DNA of 64,000 bases from contig JALDTO010000098.1 of assembly GCA_023515725.1 (NCBI GenBank), positions 646,164 to 710,163 of the forward strand. The letters are read 5' to 3'. Of the stretch, positions 25,562 through 41,806 are shown piece by piece. Origin of the DNA: Amoeboaphelidium protococcarum X5. Lineage: Eukaryota > Fungi > Aphelidiomycota. The position numbers and the translations under genes were made by a program. Each line of letters begins with the position of its first letter. Within the stretch, counting starts at the first letter, position 1. The notes beneath the pieces were generated by a model. The model worked only from the letters and a program-made list of their open reading frames with translations. It did no database searches and was not told where the DNA came from.

Positions 25562-27316
25562 ATGTAGTAAAAAGTGTGGAGAGTGTGCATTGTTGGTAGT
25601 GGACCGGCTGGATTTTATACCGCAAGTAGATTGCTCAAGTAGTCAGCGTCATCCGCGGCGTTGAAGAGTAAGAATGTGCATCTGGAGGTGGATATGCTCG
25701 AAGGTCTCCCCGTTCCGTATGGCCTTGTGAGGTACGGCATATCTCCCGATCATCCAGAGGTGAAGTCTGTCGTGAATAAGTTTAATGAGATGGCCATATA
25801 AGAAGGAACTGGACCTGGTGGTAGTGGTCGCTTTGAATTTATGGGTAATGTTAGAATTCGAACGTCATCGCAATCATCTACGTAGACATCATCACCTGTG
25901 CGCGCGACACGTTAGTCACAATAAGCTGACAGTTAATGGGCAAACAGTGGTGTTAGAGTTCAAGATTTATTGAAGCGATATCATTCTGTGGTGTTGGCGT
26001 ATGGATCATCTAAAGACAGAAGATTGAATATTGAGAATGAAGATGCTGGTGGAGTTATTAGCGCGCGTCAATTTGTAGCCTGGTACAACGGATACCCATC
26101 GCAGATTGCCACTGTTAAGAGCGATGAAGTTATTGACAAGAATAGTTAGTAATCTAATATATCTCCGGATTGTGCGAGTAATGGTAAATCGACAGATTCA
26201 ATGCAGAGTAATAAGGAACATGTGATGATGTCTAATCTATTAAAGTAAAATTCTTCTGCTGTTATAATCGGATAAGGCAATGTTGCATTGGATATTGCAA
26301 GAGTTCTTTTGATTCCTAATCCACGCGAATCTCTGGGCAAGACTGATATGCCAGATTATGCTGTCAATGCTCTTGTTGATAGCAAGGTTAGAGATGTGAC
26401 CATAGTTGGCAGACGAGGTCCTTTGAATGTATCATTTACAGCGAAAGAATTGCGGGAACTTGATGGTCTCTGTAAAGAACACGGTATATAGTGCCAGGTA
26501 TTAGACGCTGATGTTAGTGAGTAGTTGGAGAAATTGAAGCGGTAATAATCCTCTTCTAAGAGTAAATAAGAGCGTGGTCGAATTAGAGTTTTAGAACTTT
26601 TGAATAGATTCTAGAATTCTGATAAGAATGTTGATGGTAATAGCGGATCATCTGGCAGATCATTAACATTTAGATTTTTCAAGTCGCCTGTGGAGATAAA
26701 TGTATCTAAAGACAAGCAATCTAATGCTGAAGTTATCAGTGAAGTCAAGTTTGCAACCACTCGATATACAAATGAACAGGTATGCGATTAAGTGGAGCTT
26801 GTACCAGATTGTCCAGCTGAAGGTATCAAGACCAACTTCTTTATAAAATCTATTGGCTATTAGTCTGTCGGAGTTGATGGTCTACCTTTCGACAGTAAGC
26901 GAGGCATATTGCCACATACATAAGGCAGAGTTTTATCTAGTACAGTGCCTGATGATCAACCTGATAATAGTGGTAATGTAATGAACGGTGTCTATGTGGC
27001 GGGATGGCTCAAAACTGGACCTACTGGCGTGATTGCAAGTACTATGTACGATGCGTACCAGACTGCTGATTGTCTACTGCAAGACATTGAGAGTGACATT
27101 CATCTACCGAATGATCAAGTTCCTGCCAGATAAGATACTATCCAATGGTTATAGAGCTAAATTGGCAGCCGACCGGTCACCTTTGAAGACTGGAAGATTA
27201 TTGAAGATGAAGAGATTAGACGTGGTAAACTGTTGGGGAAACCGTATGAGAAGATTACTAAAACTGACGAGATTCTTCAGATACTTCACAAACACCATAA
27301 TAAAGTATAGGATTGA
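25562..27316 (+). CDS. ARH1: NADPH:adrenodoxin/ferredoxin reductase (ARH1/FDXR)
   Basis: [47 protein letters not shown](TAA=Q)[38 protein letters not shown]. Confidence 0.93.
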
Positions 27317-27383
27317 TTTAAAAGATATAGAGTAATCATTTGGATAATGTTTATCATTTATTAGAGTTGTCAATATGTGGAGA

Positions 27384-28700
27384 TCATTCAAGCGTAGTAG
27401 ATTCATCTTAATCTCTAGGTCTTTTGTCACCGGCGACAACAGACTCTGACGGTTATTGACTCGCAATTTATGATTTACCGTTCATCGTAGAACTTGAATC
27501 ATCTTCAATCAACTCCACTTTAATACCACTCAATATGAATCCACCAGATGCGTAGGTATTATTTTAAGGATGCATTCTGTCTGGATACACTTGATACTCG
27601 CGATACCATTAACTTCGCAATTACACATCTACAAACTGCGAGCTCTCACGCATAAACTCAAAGGTACTGGCCAGGGATTCTTTAGACAGACTCTGAGCAA
27701 CAACCATAGAATTTAACTTCAGGAATGGAATCAGCTGCTTGATAACTCCTTAAGCTTGATATCTTGAAGCCGTCAACAGGCCATCGAATTGAGTACTTCT
27801 AAGAGCTAACAGCGCGTTCCTAACAGACTGTGGTAGAGTATCATCATCGACAGGGGCATTGAACATTGACCAAGGAAGGTGAAGAATACATCCTCTATTC
27901 TACAATTTAGCATAGAAAGTGTATGGATAGACATAAGACGCGTCTTTACTATGCAGAGAAATAATTTAACCACGGCCTCCAACACGTTCAGCTATAGCCA
28001 AAGCGAGTACACCAGCACTATCCTCGTCCACTAGGTAACACCCACCCTGTTAGATATTCAGTGTCTAGATCATTGATGCCAGAGTATCTGGCCGTATATG
28101 ATGCACCTAGTCCGGATGCTTGACAAATGCCCACTAGCATAGATTAAATGAATTAGGCTGTACCAAGCGGATTACTTTATGAAACTTGAGCTTCTTTCGC
28201 TTAATATACTTGGCCTTACTGTACTCGGTCTTTAAATCAAATTACCGATGTGCACCAGTCAGCTAACTGATTAGATCATTAACATTCTAAGAACTTTTAG
28301 CCAATTCAGCAATCTAATCCTGTGATAACGTCTATACAGAATTACAATCATTAATTTTCTAATTATTTGCGCCTACAGTGAATGAGCTCACAGAGTCTAC
28401 TGCTTATTAAGCATCACTCTGGCTGCTACTACTCTACCTATTCATTCTACATTCATCATCATTTGCATTCTACATTGCTGGTGCAAAATCTGCATTAATC
28501 TCATCAATGTCCAATGGTCTAAGACTGGATTCATTCATTATCTCAAAAACGCGTCCATACTATTAGCCTACTATAGCAGACGCCTTCAATTTACCCAGTC
28601 TACTCAGTTATATCACAGAATCCTCCTTGATCTTTACAAATTTCTGCGCGTCTTTACCAAACTGTATGATGACATAATCGTCCAGTTATATTTCAGCCAT
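27384..28700 (-). CDS. TRM6: tRNA m1A58 methyltransferase non-catalytic subunit TRM6/GCD10
   Basis: Not shown in the ORF track. NNQKINDCNSVQTLSQDQI, FDLKTEYSKAKYIKRKKLKF, IRPDTLASM, ERVGG, REYQVYPDRMHP...GGFILSGIKV. Confidence 0.88.
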
Positions 28701-28928
28701 ATTACTTTAATAGATACAGAGTCAGTTACTAATAAAATTAAAATAAAAATATATCTGAAATAGATTATTAGTTTATGCAGACCTTACTGCAACGAGGATA
28801 CTGTTAAACCAACACCAAAGATGAGAATTGACTGAAATTTTTCAAGTTTTTCCCTGAAGAGATTCGTGTCAAAGTTTCGTCAAAGGCGCCATTAATAGCA
28901 ACTCGGTTTAAGTCCTCTACCTTGGAAA

Positions 28929-31900
28929 ATGTCTCAAATTAAAAATACTTCTAAAAAGAGAGTTAGAAATGCCAAGTCAACGTCTGATAAAAGTAAGTTA
29001 TCAGAAGACATACCTGAGTAGTTGCAGTATATCCATCAAGTGTTCACGTAACTTGCCTCCTCATACTTGATACTCTCCATGACCAGTGGCGGTGGCTTCA
29101 TTCCAGTAGATAAAATTAACTCTATATTCTAATCCACTTATGGACACGGTGTTGAAGTACGCGATATAGTCTTGATCACTATAATATGTCCTTAAATGCT
29201 CATGCTAGAGTACATAACAGAATCTGACATTATGGCATCGAATGTATCAGATTCTCATGACTTGTACTCTCCTATCACCTCTTAACAATAAGCTCAGGCT
29301 AGCGGTAATTAACGAATACTTGCTGTCAAATTTATTGATAATGGTGATAGTAAGAATAAGAAGAAGTAATAAGAGTCTCCGGCGTAGCGTAATGATGATC
29401 TACGCGTTCATAAAGTGTTCATAGAGTCCCAGGTGGAATCTTCCATATCTCAAAGTCATGATAATAAGCCACGTAAGAGAGCAGGTAAACGTATTACTAT
29501 ATCTGGTAAGAAGGCTCAAGTATTACTATAACGGAGAATTTAAACTTTCACCCAATCTGTGAATTAGTTTTGGAGTGATAACAATCAAAGCCTACCTCAA
29601 GATTTGGAGCTCCTTATAGATGCTTACTATCCTTAGTAACCTCTTGTTAATTCGGAGCCTTGTTAAGTACCAGATCCCGCTTAGCAGTCATCAGTAGATG
29701 GAAATGGCTTGGAATTGGCTCTGGGAACTCTGAACTGTTAGAGGTATTTTGATGATGATAAAAGTATTTAAACGTTCAATATTCCTGCAAAAGCACCATA
29801 TTTTATGAAAGATGACGAGATTACTCTTCACTAGAAGGCAGTTTAAGCTATATAATCCTTATATAGTTTATAAGTTGGGTAGTTGTATAGTCATCAAGTG
29901 GAAGCATTGAGAGCGGTAATGTGTGATGGAAAGAGCGTGGTGGTATCAACATCTACTAGCAGTGGAAAGTCCCTCATCTATAATCTCCCTATTGTGAATG
30001 ACCATTTGAAGCTATAAGATCTTTAATAATAATCAGTTTAAGGTGATGATCAATCATAAATATTTACTGCGCTGTATATGTTCCCTACTAAAGCACTGGC
30101 TCAGGATTAGTAGTAGAAGCTTAGATTGCTACTCGATGCTTGTGGACTCGATCATATCCGCGTGTCTAGGTATGATGGCGATACGCCGATGGAATTGAGG
30201 GAGGGAATTAGATCTTAATCGCACATAATCATCACAAATCCTGATATGCTGCATGTATCCATATTGCCTCAACATAATGGTGGATGGAAGCAATTTTTAT
30301 CGCGTATGAAGTATGTTGTTGTTGATGAATTGCATACTCTGACTGGTTATTTTGGATCTCATGTTGCGTTTATCATGAGGAGATTACAGAGAGTTTTGGC
30401 ATTATATTAGTCTCACTATAATCTGAGTAGGTTGAAATTTATCGCCTGTTCAGCCACCATTTCTAATCCCCTTGATCATACTTGTTAGTTGTTAAACTTA
30501 CCGCAAGAGCGCTGTATATCTATAACGCAAGATGGGTCTCCACATGCTGCAAAAAGCATATTGGTGATCAAGTAGAATGAGCATAGCATTTTTGATAAAG
30601 CTAGCCATTTGATTGTTCATCTTTGTAAATTTGGTTTGAGGACTATTGCATTTTGCAAATATCGCAGAATGTGCGAGTATATTCTCAGAGAGGTGTAGTC
30701 CATTATTGATAAAGATCCTAGTCTGCATCATTTGCGTGGTAAGATTAAAACTTATCGTGGTGGATATCAGCCAGAACTTCGTCGATAGATTGAATCGGAG
30801 CTTTTCACTGGTGAATTATTGTGTGTTGTGGCCACCACCGCTTTGGAATTGGGAATTGATGTGGGTGATTTAGATGTGACTGTTCACTGCGGCTTCCCAT
30901 ACACTCTAAGTGGATTTTGGTAATAGGCTGGTCGTGCTGGTCGGCGGAGATCTGCTTCTGCTGCTATTCTACTATGCGATAGAGATCCTATTGATTATTA
31001 TTACGCAGCACGTCCAGAAAAGCTGTTGGACAGGCAGTACGAAGATGCCATTCTGTCTATGCAGTCTCCTATATATGATTAACAGTTGCAATGCGCAGCT
31101 GCGGAATATCCTATTAATTTGAATTAGGATGCTTAGTATTTTGACCAATAGCTAGTGAGTATAAGTAGAAAAGCTCTCGTCTCGGTTGGCAATAACTAGT
31201 ATCTTCCCAATCTGCAATACCTACCCAGTCCAGCTGCCATGATCTCCATTAGATGTCCATAAGAGGACAGCTTCTCAGTTGTCGATATTACGCCAGGTAA
31301 TGCCGAGTAGGTGCTGGAAGAGTTGGAGGTAAGCAGAGCTTTGTCATCCCTGTATGAAGGAGCTATGTATATGCACTAGGGATAGACTTATATTGTACAA
31401 TATGCTGATTCCCACTCTCTCACAGCTGGTGTACAACTGCGGAATGTTAATTACATCACCAGACAGCGAGATTTCACAGATGTTAATCCGCAGAAGGCAT
31501 AGCTGACGTAAACACTTTCAAATGGTAATATTGTGTCGTATGGCGATGTTAGCGTTTAGAAAACCATATTCGGATACTTCAAGTATGATCCCAAGAAGAA
31601 AAAAGTGCTAGAGAATGTTGAAGTCTACTGGGAACCGGTTGTGAAATAGTGCTATGGAATATGGATTTAGCTTGCTCCTGGCGCTGTGTCTGAAATTGAA
31701 GGCACCTAGTCTTTGAGTCTCCTCGGTGGAATTCATGGTCTGGCGCATATGATTTGCTCTTAAATATCTATACTGATCATGTGCAATATAACCGATTTGG
31801 GCTGTGAACATCCAAGTCAGTATTAGACACGTTCGCGCCCAAGCGTGATTACCATCTATGACAAGACGTAGTCAGGTTTTGCTTTTCATGCATTTCAAAT

Positions 31901-32072
31901 GATGGACAAGATATTGCTGTAATGTGCTGAGGTATTGGACTTGTGTAAATGTGAAGATGGCTGCCCGTAATGTATCCACAGCGGTTACTGTACCGAATTC
32001 AATGAAGTCACTGATAAGAAAGCTGCCTAGATCCTATTGCAGTCCATGAGAAGAAATTGTTCATAACAGTGA
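28929..32072 (+). CDS. HRQ1: HRQ1/RecQ4-like (MrfA-type) DEAH helicase with C-terminal DUF1998 Zn-binding domain
   Basis: LYSHQVEAL, TSTSSGKSLIY, FPTKALAQDQ, YDGDTP, TNPDMLH, DELHT, YRGGY, ATTALELGIDVG, QQAGRAGRR, CKCEDGCPQCIHSGYC. Confidence 0.92.
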
Positions 32073-32116
32073 TATTCGTTAGCATTGTATATATTCTATT
32101 CATAACTTCTAAATTG

Positions 32117-34468
32117 TCATTTTCTTTTTAACTTCTTGAAGCGATTCTAGGAGATCTCTTCATACTTTGGAGCAGAGTCAAATTCACCCCACAACTCACG
32201 ACGTTTAGCATAACTCTGGACATTACGACTCCTCCGGTCGGCATATCTGTCCATATCATCAGCGATCTGATTTCCACGCTTATCAGAGTGTTAAGGTGAA
32301 ATATCTCCAATATCATCGTCAGCACCAGTCTGTTTACTAATTCTAAAGTTCTCTTTGCCAATTCTCAATTTAGAAGGCATCTCACGCAAACAAAACGCCT
32401 TTGCCAGATGTCCCAAATGCAAACGTTTGATATGGAATATAGCCTTGTGTTCAGCCGGATGAGTAGCATATGCCTTGACAGTTGACATGTACGCCTTCTT
32501 AGCCATAAACTTCAAATCTTGATCATTTTAGACGTTATTCTCCAACTTTAAATGAAAATGACTGATTGTCTCTTGCAGTTGATGATTGACTTTCTAATCT
32601 TTATTGTTATTGTTAGCAGACTAATGAGTTGGCTAGAAACTCTTAAACACAACCTTCATGTCTTTTGCACTCAACTAAACACCATTCTCATACAATTATG
32701 TGAGATAATCCACTTCATGAGGCATCAAAAACAGAACTCCATCTCCTGACTGACCCATACGCGCAGTTCTACCCATTCTGTGCAAATAATCCTTGATATC
32801 AGTAGGAACATCGTACTGAATGACATTTCCCACATTTGGAATGTCCAATCCTCTGGCAGAGACATCGGTAGATAAAAGAATGACATGTCTATCCTTGACA
32901 TTTTTGAACAACTTGAACGTTTTCATTCTATCCTCGTGCGATATATTACCATGCAACTTTAGGACTAATACTTTATCTGCTCTATCTCCAAATGCCGCCG
33001 AAAGAGTCCTCGATAAATCGGATTTCTTAACGTCTTTACTGATAGTTGCAGTCTGTTACTGAGCGTCACTGTCACTTGCATCACCACTACCTTCACTCAA
33101 TTCTTATTCAATGTCGTCGTCTTCGCCATCATCGGCATCATCTAATTAATCAGAATCCAACTGATCAGCCTCTACTAGTTTCTTTACAAAATCATTATTC
33201 ATAATTCCGCCTTAAGCATTACCACCTTCTTCCTCTTTGAAAGTCAATAATTCATAATGAAAATCAATCGAATCACAATTAGACATAAATATGATAGTCT
33301 TGGTGAATTGCTCCTCTGTATACTTGAACACTTTACGCGTATTGTGCATCTAGATGATGAAAGCACAAAGAGCAACCAGCCTCTACTTTACAGGTACAAC
33401 AGCATAATACTATTTCAACTGATTAGGTACCACACTAAGTTACTCCTTCTCTTATGGCGAGCCAGATCTATTGGCACTCTTGTTAGCTTTCTAAGCAGAT
33501 ATATAATGCGGATCCCTCAACTTGATACCACCAATTTCAGTCACCTGTTTAGAGACAGTGGCCGAACAGAGGATAGATTGAAAAGCTCCATCAGGACACT
33601 TTTCACCCAGCACCTTCAAAATTTTCCTAACTGCATCTTGGAATCCCATTTCGAGGAATCTATCAGCTTCATCCATGACAAACCATTGCAAATTCTCAAT
33701 CTTGAATGAATACGTAGTCTCCATATGATCCAAGAGACGACCTGGAGTAGTCACAAGAATCGATACGCCTTTACGCAGACGAGCCTTCTCAGACTTTCTG
33801 CTCTCGCCACCAGTAATGGCACCATTTACAATCCATCGGTTGAGATATTTCAAAGATAGAACCTTGTCCAATACCTCATTAACTTAATTAGCCAATTCTC
33901 GCGTAGGACACAATATCAGAGCCATTGTACCTTGATCTTGACGGTTCAGTGGGGAACTTGACTCGGTGGTCGTGGTGAGCAGTTGACTGATTATAGGCAA
34001 TAGGTACGCTAAACTCTTTCCACTGCCAGTCTAGGCTTATATGATAACATCCCGAGCCTCACACTACTCCTTCGACAACAGAACTGGTAAAGCGGCAGAT
34101 TAGATCGCGGTTGGCTGAAATAACTGCATCTTTACGCGTAAATGACTAGCCAAATCAGGATATAGACCATAATTATCAAAAGAGTCTTCACCTTACGCGT
34201 CAACACCATTAGAAACTTCAAAATTGGACTTGATAGGATGTGTGTGATATGATTCAACTTTCAATTATCCACCATCAGTATCATTCTAATAATCATTTGA
34301 TGTCTACTTTTTACTTCTAGGAAATAGGGAACTGATAACTTATTTACCACCTTATCGACTCTGCGTAGTAGTATTACCATCATTCATCTTCCCACCAGAT
34401 TTATCATCACGCGCTTATTTCACTCCAGCAACCTCATACGCCAAATTAAGCATCTAATCCTTTTCCAT
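32117..34468 (-). CDS. DBP7: DEAD-box rRNA helicase DBP7/DDX31
   Basis: [80 protein letters not shown]. Confidence 0.92.
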
Positions 34469-35114
34469 CTTTAAATTATTCGAAGCAGAGTATAATTGAA
34501 TGCTATTAACTAAACAGGGTCTTGACTAAAACTATCCAAATGCACAGCTTTTTAAACCGATCAAAGGAGAGAGATTTGACCAGTTTTCAACTTGAAGTGA
34601 AGACGCGTCTACACAACTTAAGGGACGACCCTTCATAAAGGCAAAAACTCTTTAGACTTAATCAGACATAGTAAAAATTATAAAGATACTGCAATACACT
34701 TCCAATAAGCATAAACTTTAAAAGATAGTTTGAATGAATTAATAAAGTACTGCTCAATAAGTACTGTAGTTACTCGGTCAATTGACAGAGACAACCCGCG
34801 TCCTGTTTCACCCCGACAGTCTATTACCTGCTACCATAGATTTTATCTGCCGAGCAGGAAAGAATCGCGAATGATTATTTATGTAAAAATCGGAACTTTT
34901 AACGATTAATTTCATCCACAGTGCTAATCACACATACTTGGATTCTTCTCATAAAGGGAGCGATCGTTTGTCTCTCACTCACTCGGCGTTGTTTCAACTT
35001 GTTTAAAATCGGATTTCCACAATCTTTCTGCTGCCATTTTACATTTCACTTCTTTTTTTTAGTTAAACTACTGTACTTGGAAGACTTATAATTATAATAA
35101 TAATAATAATAATA

Positions 35115-37313
35115 ATGTCTTCGGCTAATCTTCTTGTCAGATAAAATTAGAGTCAAACTTCTTTGAGGTACATTGATCCTTTGGAGCGTTACAATCTGCT
35201 GGAGAAGATTGGTAAGGGAAGTTTTGGTGAAGTGTGGAAAGCGTAAGTTGTTATTATCATCAGACTGTTAAAATATGGATGATTTACTAAAAACAAATTA
35301 CATTCTGTGTGTAGAATAGATAGAGAGACTCAGTCTGCTGTTGCTGTCAAGATTATTAATTTGGAGGATGCGGAGGACGATGTTGATGATGTGTAGTAGG
35401 AGATTAACATGTTGTCTCAGGTGAACAAGAGCGATTATATAATCAGATATTTTGGATCTTATGTGATTTAATCCAATTTATGGATAGTCATGGAGTATCT
35501 GGCTGGTGGTTCTGTCATGGACTTGGTAAGATTATATTACATGTGAATATTGTTAACCATTGTTATCTATGCTGTGCTTTGTAGTTGCTCCCAGGTCCGT
35601 TTGATGAAGCTCATACTGCGATTATTGTGCGTGAACTTCTGAAAGGCTTGGAGTATTTGCACTCTGAAAATAAGATTCATCGAGATATTAAAGCTGCCAA
35701 TGTCCTATTATCCAGTGCAGGTGATGTTAAATTGGCCGATTTTGTAAGTCTTTATTATAATGCAGCTTTTCTAATACTGTTACGTGATTATATCTAATTG
35801 TTACTTGTATTGTAGGGAGTCGCTGCTCAGTTGACGCAATAGAGAAGTAAAAGATAAACATTTGTTGGTACTCCGTTCTGGATGGCTCCGGTAAGAATAT
35901 TTACAAATGAGTTTTGATATTCATTAAGTTGTTATTAAACAAAAGTTGTAGGAAGTAATCAAGTAAACTGGGTATGACTAGAAAGCGGATATATGGTCTC
36001 TGGGGATAACGTGTATTGAAATGTGTAAAGGTGAGCCACCTTATGCTGATTGTCATCCTATGAGAGTATTATTTCTCATCCCCAAGAATGATCCACCTAC
36101 TCTGGATGGACCATTCTCAAAGCCATTTAAAGAATTTGTGGCTCTCTGTTTGAACAAAGATGCCGATGAGAGACCAAGTGCCAAAGATCTTCTCAAGCAC
36201 AAGTTCATTAAATCTGCAAAGAAGAACTCTCATCTGATAGAGCTCATTGAAAGATATCAGTAGTATAAATTGTCTCATAATTCAGATTCAGATGATGACG
36301 ATGCTCAGTAAGATTAATTATCATTCTATTAGATCACCATAATCATTACAATTACACAGTGTAGCGAGTTGAATAAGTAAATCAGCAATAATGAGACTAT
36401 AAAGTGGGATTTTGGCACTGTAAGAGAAGCGTTAAAGTAGTAGAAAGATGTCAAGACTCCAGAGAGAAAGATTACACCATTTGCCATGCAGTAAGATTCA
36501 CCGAATGTTAATGAAATTCGCTCTTCCGCCGTGTAGTAATAGTAGTAGTATCAAAATAGGTAACCATTGGCTTAATCTAGTGAGTCATCTCCTAGACTTC
36601 CTCGCCGTCCGGCTAACAATAATAATAACAGCAATAGTAATCAAGGAAGTTAATCTCCACTGGGAAGTCCACGCATTGAGCGAAGACCAATACAAAATGC
36701 ATCAGGTGCTAGAGGAAGTGATAGTAGTGTCGCAAGTCCGAATAGAACGCCCGGCAGTTCTCCTCGGCCAATGAGACGATTATCACAAGAGCCGCAGTAG
36801 TAAAAGTAGCATTCATCTGCATCTTCTTCAAATGGTAAACTGAGTGGCAAAATGACTCCATCATAAGGATCAGGTAAGTCCTCGCTTATTACAGCTACAC
36901 CATCACCGGCCATGTCAGTCACGTTTACGTAAGTAATTGCGCCATCGCTGATAAAAATCAAGTCGGATAATCAGTCGGTGGAGAGTTAATCGCTAATATC
37001 CAAGTTGTATGAAATTCTGGAAAAGATTGATCGCAATGATAGTCAATTTAGTAATCGGCTGGTGCAAGAAATCACGCTTAATTCTAACAACATCAAGGCG
37101 GAGAAGTAGCTGACATCCGGACCCTTCTCAGATTACGGTGGAACAATCAGAAAAGGTAGAAAGCTTACAAGTGGTAGTAGCATGGGTGGTGCATCTCAGA
37201 CTCCTGTCTCAAGATCAGAGCCAGCGCAAGTAGACACGCCAGGAACGGCCAGTTATCTCCTCAACCGCTGGAAGAATAAATGGTCCGATTCAACCTCCAC
37301 TCTGAAGTAATGA
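35115..37313 (+). CDS. STE20-family GCK-III kinase (MST3/MST4/STK25; Sid1/Kic1-like), five introns
   Basis: [19 protein letters not shown](TAG)(TAG)[15 protein letters not shown]|[13 protein letters not shown]|[22 protein letters not shown]. Confidence 0.92.
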
Positions 37314-37702
37314 TGCAACCCGCTAGTTGTTGTTGTTGTTAAATATATCTCTCTAAAAGTTTAAAAACTATTTCGCATCGATGTATAGATAAAAAGGCAC
37401 TTTATAATGCGTAATTTGATGATTATATTTAAAGATTTTATCATCATCGGAAACTTGATCATAATTCAACAGGAGAACATTTACGCGTTGAAGAAGTTGA
37501 AACATCAGTTTGTACTGTGACCTGTACTCTTACAGTAAGTATCAACTGAGTGCTCGCTATTAGAATCTTCTCCGACCAGTCACGCGTCGCTCTTTTGTTT
37601 CCATCTCTTCAAAAAATCTCTTCCACTCTCACCATAGTTTTTAAACCTTGAATACAGCAATTTTAGTCCAATCTTATTACAATCTATTGTTGAAAACTAA
37701 TA

Positions 37703-39757
<2,055 letters not shown>

Positions 39758-39916
39758 TTGATTTGATGGAGCAAGTTGTATAGCACTGACCAATTCATTT
39801 TGGTTTGATATACTCATTTCCCTCTTTAGCACTAAGTATGAAAGACAAAGTCAAGATCAATGATGCGTAATTAGGAAATTTCAATTAATTTTTAAATGAT
39901 CACTGTCGAAAGATGT

Positions 39917-40815
39917 TCATTCAACTTCCTTGATTCCATCCTTGGTGAACAGGTGCGCAGATTCGCCAGTGTATGGATTACGACGCTCCTTGATAAAGCG
40001 CTACTTCTCCGCTTCTTGCCACTCTGGCGTCAGATTAGGCATGTTCTTCTTGGAGCGGAAGTACTTGACCAGAGCGTAGTAAAAGATTCCAGTAGCCACC
40101 ATGAAAGCGATGCTGAGGCCAACAACTTTCGTGGTGGAGTCATCCTTGACATTTACTGGACCGAAAGCCAGGTACATGGCAGCCTTCTTCTCCTCAGGCG
40201 ACATCAACTTCCAGTCTCCACGCTGCAGCTCTTCATTCTTGGTCAGCACAGCGTCCCATGTCTTGAGATCCTTATCAAAGTACTGCTCGACATTGGCCAA
40301 GCTGAACGACTTCTTTTTATCCTGGGACCACGTGGAATAGCCATCCTTAATCAGAGTATCCAACTGGCGCAAGAATTCAGTCTACTACTCTGGCTTATAA
40401 AAGTTCCAATTGATATCCAGAGATAGGAATTGCACTACAAATGATAATCATTCGGATAACACATCCAATGTACACGCATTGACGCTTTACGTCATTCATT
40501 CGCGCATTAGCATGTATTATCATAATTACATATACTCTTTAGATATACAATCATATTAAAAAAAATCTTACTATGATTACGCTTCAGCTACTCAAAGCGC
40601 TACAGAACAGTGTTCTAGTCAGCAGTTCCCTAATAACGCTACACCAGAACATCGGCCAGCTCAACGTGAGGCTACTCATGATGATGATGATGATCGTGTC
40701 CATGAGCACCACCTTGGGTAGCATACGAGCGCCATGCCGAAGCCATACGGCCGAATCTTTGGTTACCAGTTAATTGCGCGGACTACAGTGACTTTTAAAC
40801 ACTTGAACGCAACAT
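39917..40815 (-). CDS. Cytochrome c oxidase subunit IV (COX4/yeast COX5 family) with extended N-terminus, one ~145-nt intron
   Basis: Presequence MLRSSVQKSL..., QRGDWKLMSPEEKKAAMYLAFGP, one TM helix, PNLTPEWQEA...NPYTG. Confidence 0.85.
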
Positions 40816-41806
40816 TTTACTCCCTTTTAACTAGAATAAAGACTCTTGGAAAGATGCGAGAGAGAATGGGACAAAAGAACTAGGAAAAACACGCACTGAA
40901 AGATTGACGGAAAGAACCAGCGAGAAAATTTATTTCAGCGTTTGAGCGACCAAAGCGAGAGAGAGAGACGACACTCGTTTCTTTTTCATGCCATCTTCGT
41001 GAGGTCAATTTAAATTCCTATTGAGTATTGAGCAGTCTGAATTCACGCCTCTTTCTTTGTTCATGATCGTTATCATATGTTTTACAAAAGTGCGATGTTG
41101 TTAATATCTAATGTTGATAGTCTATCTACCACTTACTTACCGCTTTTTAATATAGATTTTGCTTAGTAGGAAGACCCTCAGTCGTAATGTAATGAGCTTT
41201 CCCATTAGGTCTTCTTTTCGTTGAGGCGCGACATGGTGCACATTATTTATTACCCGAGGTATACTTCAATTTTTTATTTGATCTTGCAATAAAGCAATCT
41301 TGGTCCGATAGCTTTCAACGTTTTGAAAGCTTTCAGTTTGTAAAACTATGAATCGATCAATAGTTGTCCTGGTTAAATCGTCACCATGTTATTTTCTAGT
41401 AGCCGGTTTAGAAAGACTTTTGTGAGTGAGGCTTTGTGTTGTTCTCAACGCACCGTACATAGGTCGAAAATCAAACAACTTGATATCCTTCAAATAAATG
41501 CCTCAAAATAAATAAGCAAATTATGGTACAATACGTAAACGCCTCATGTAACAAATATAATCTCGAGCAGCTGTTTGATATATTATTAGACCGAATATAG
41601 AACATTGGTCTGGACTGCATATTACCAGCGAATCAGCGTCGCATAGCAACCAGTTGGTTACTCTTGTTTTGTTGGCCATCACTATCTGCAGTATACTTTC
41701 CACTTTCTTATCTCCAACTTTGCTTAATCAATTTGTCGATATACTACATTGATTTTAGGGATTTATATTTGTAAATAGGATTAATAATCGCTGAATTGGA
41801 ATTATA

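Noticed and set aside
40436-40580. Intronic snoRNA in the unusually long COX4 intron
   Set aside because: No convincing C/D (RUGAUGA/CUGA) or H/ACA box arrangement seen.
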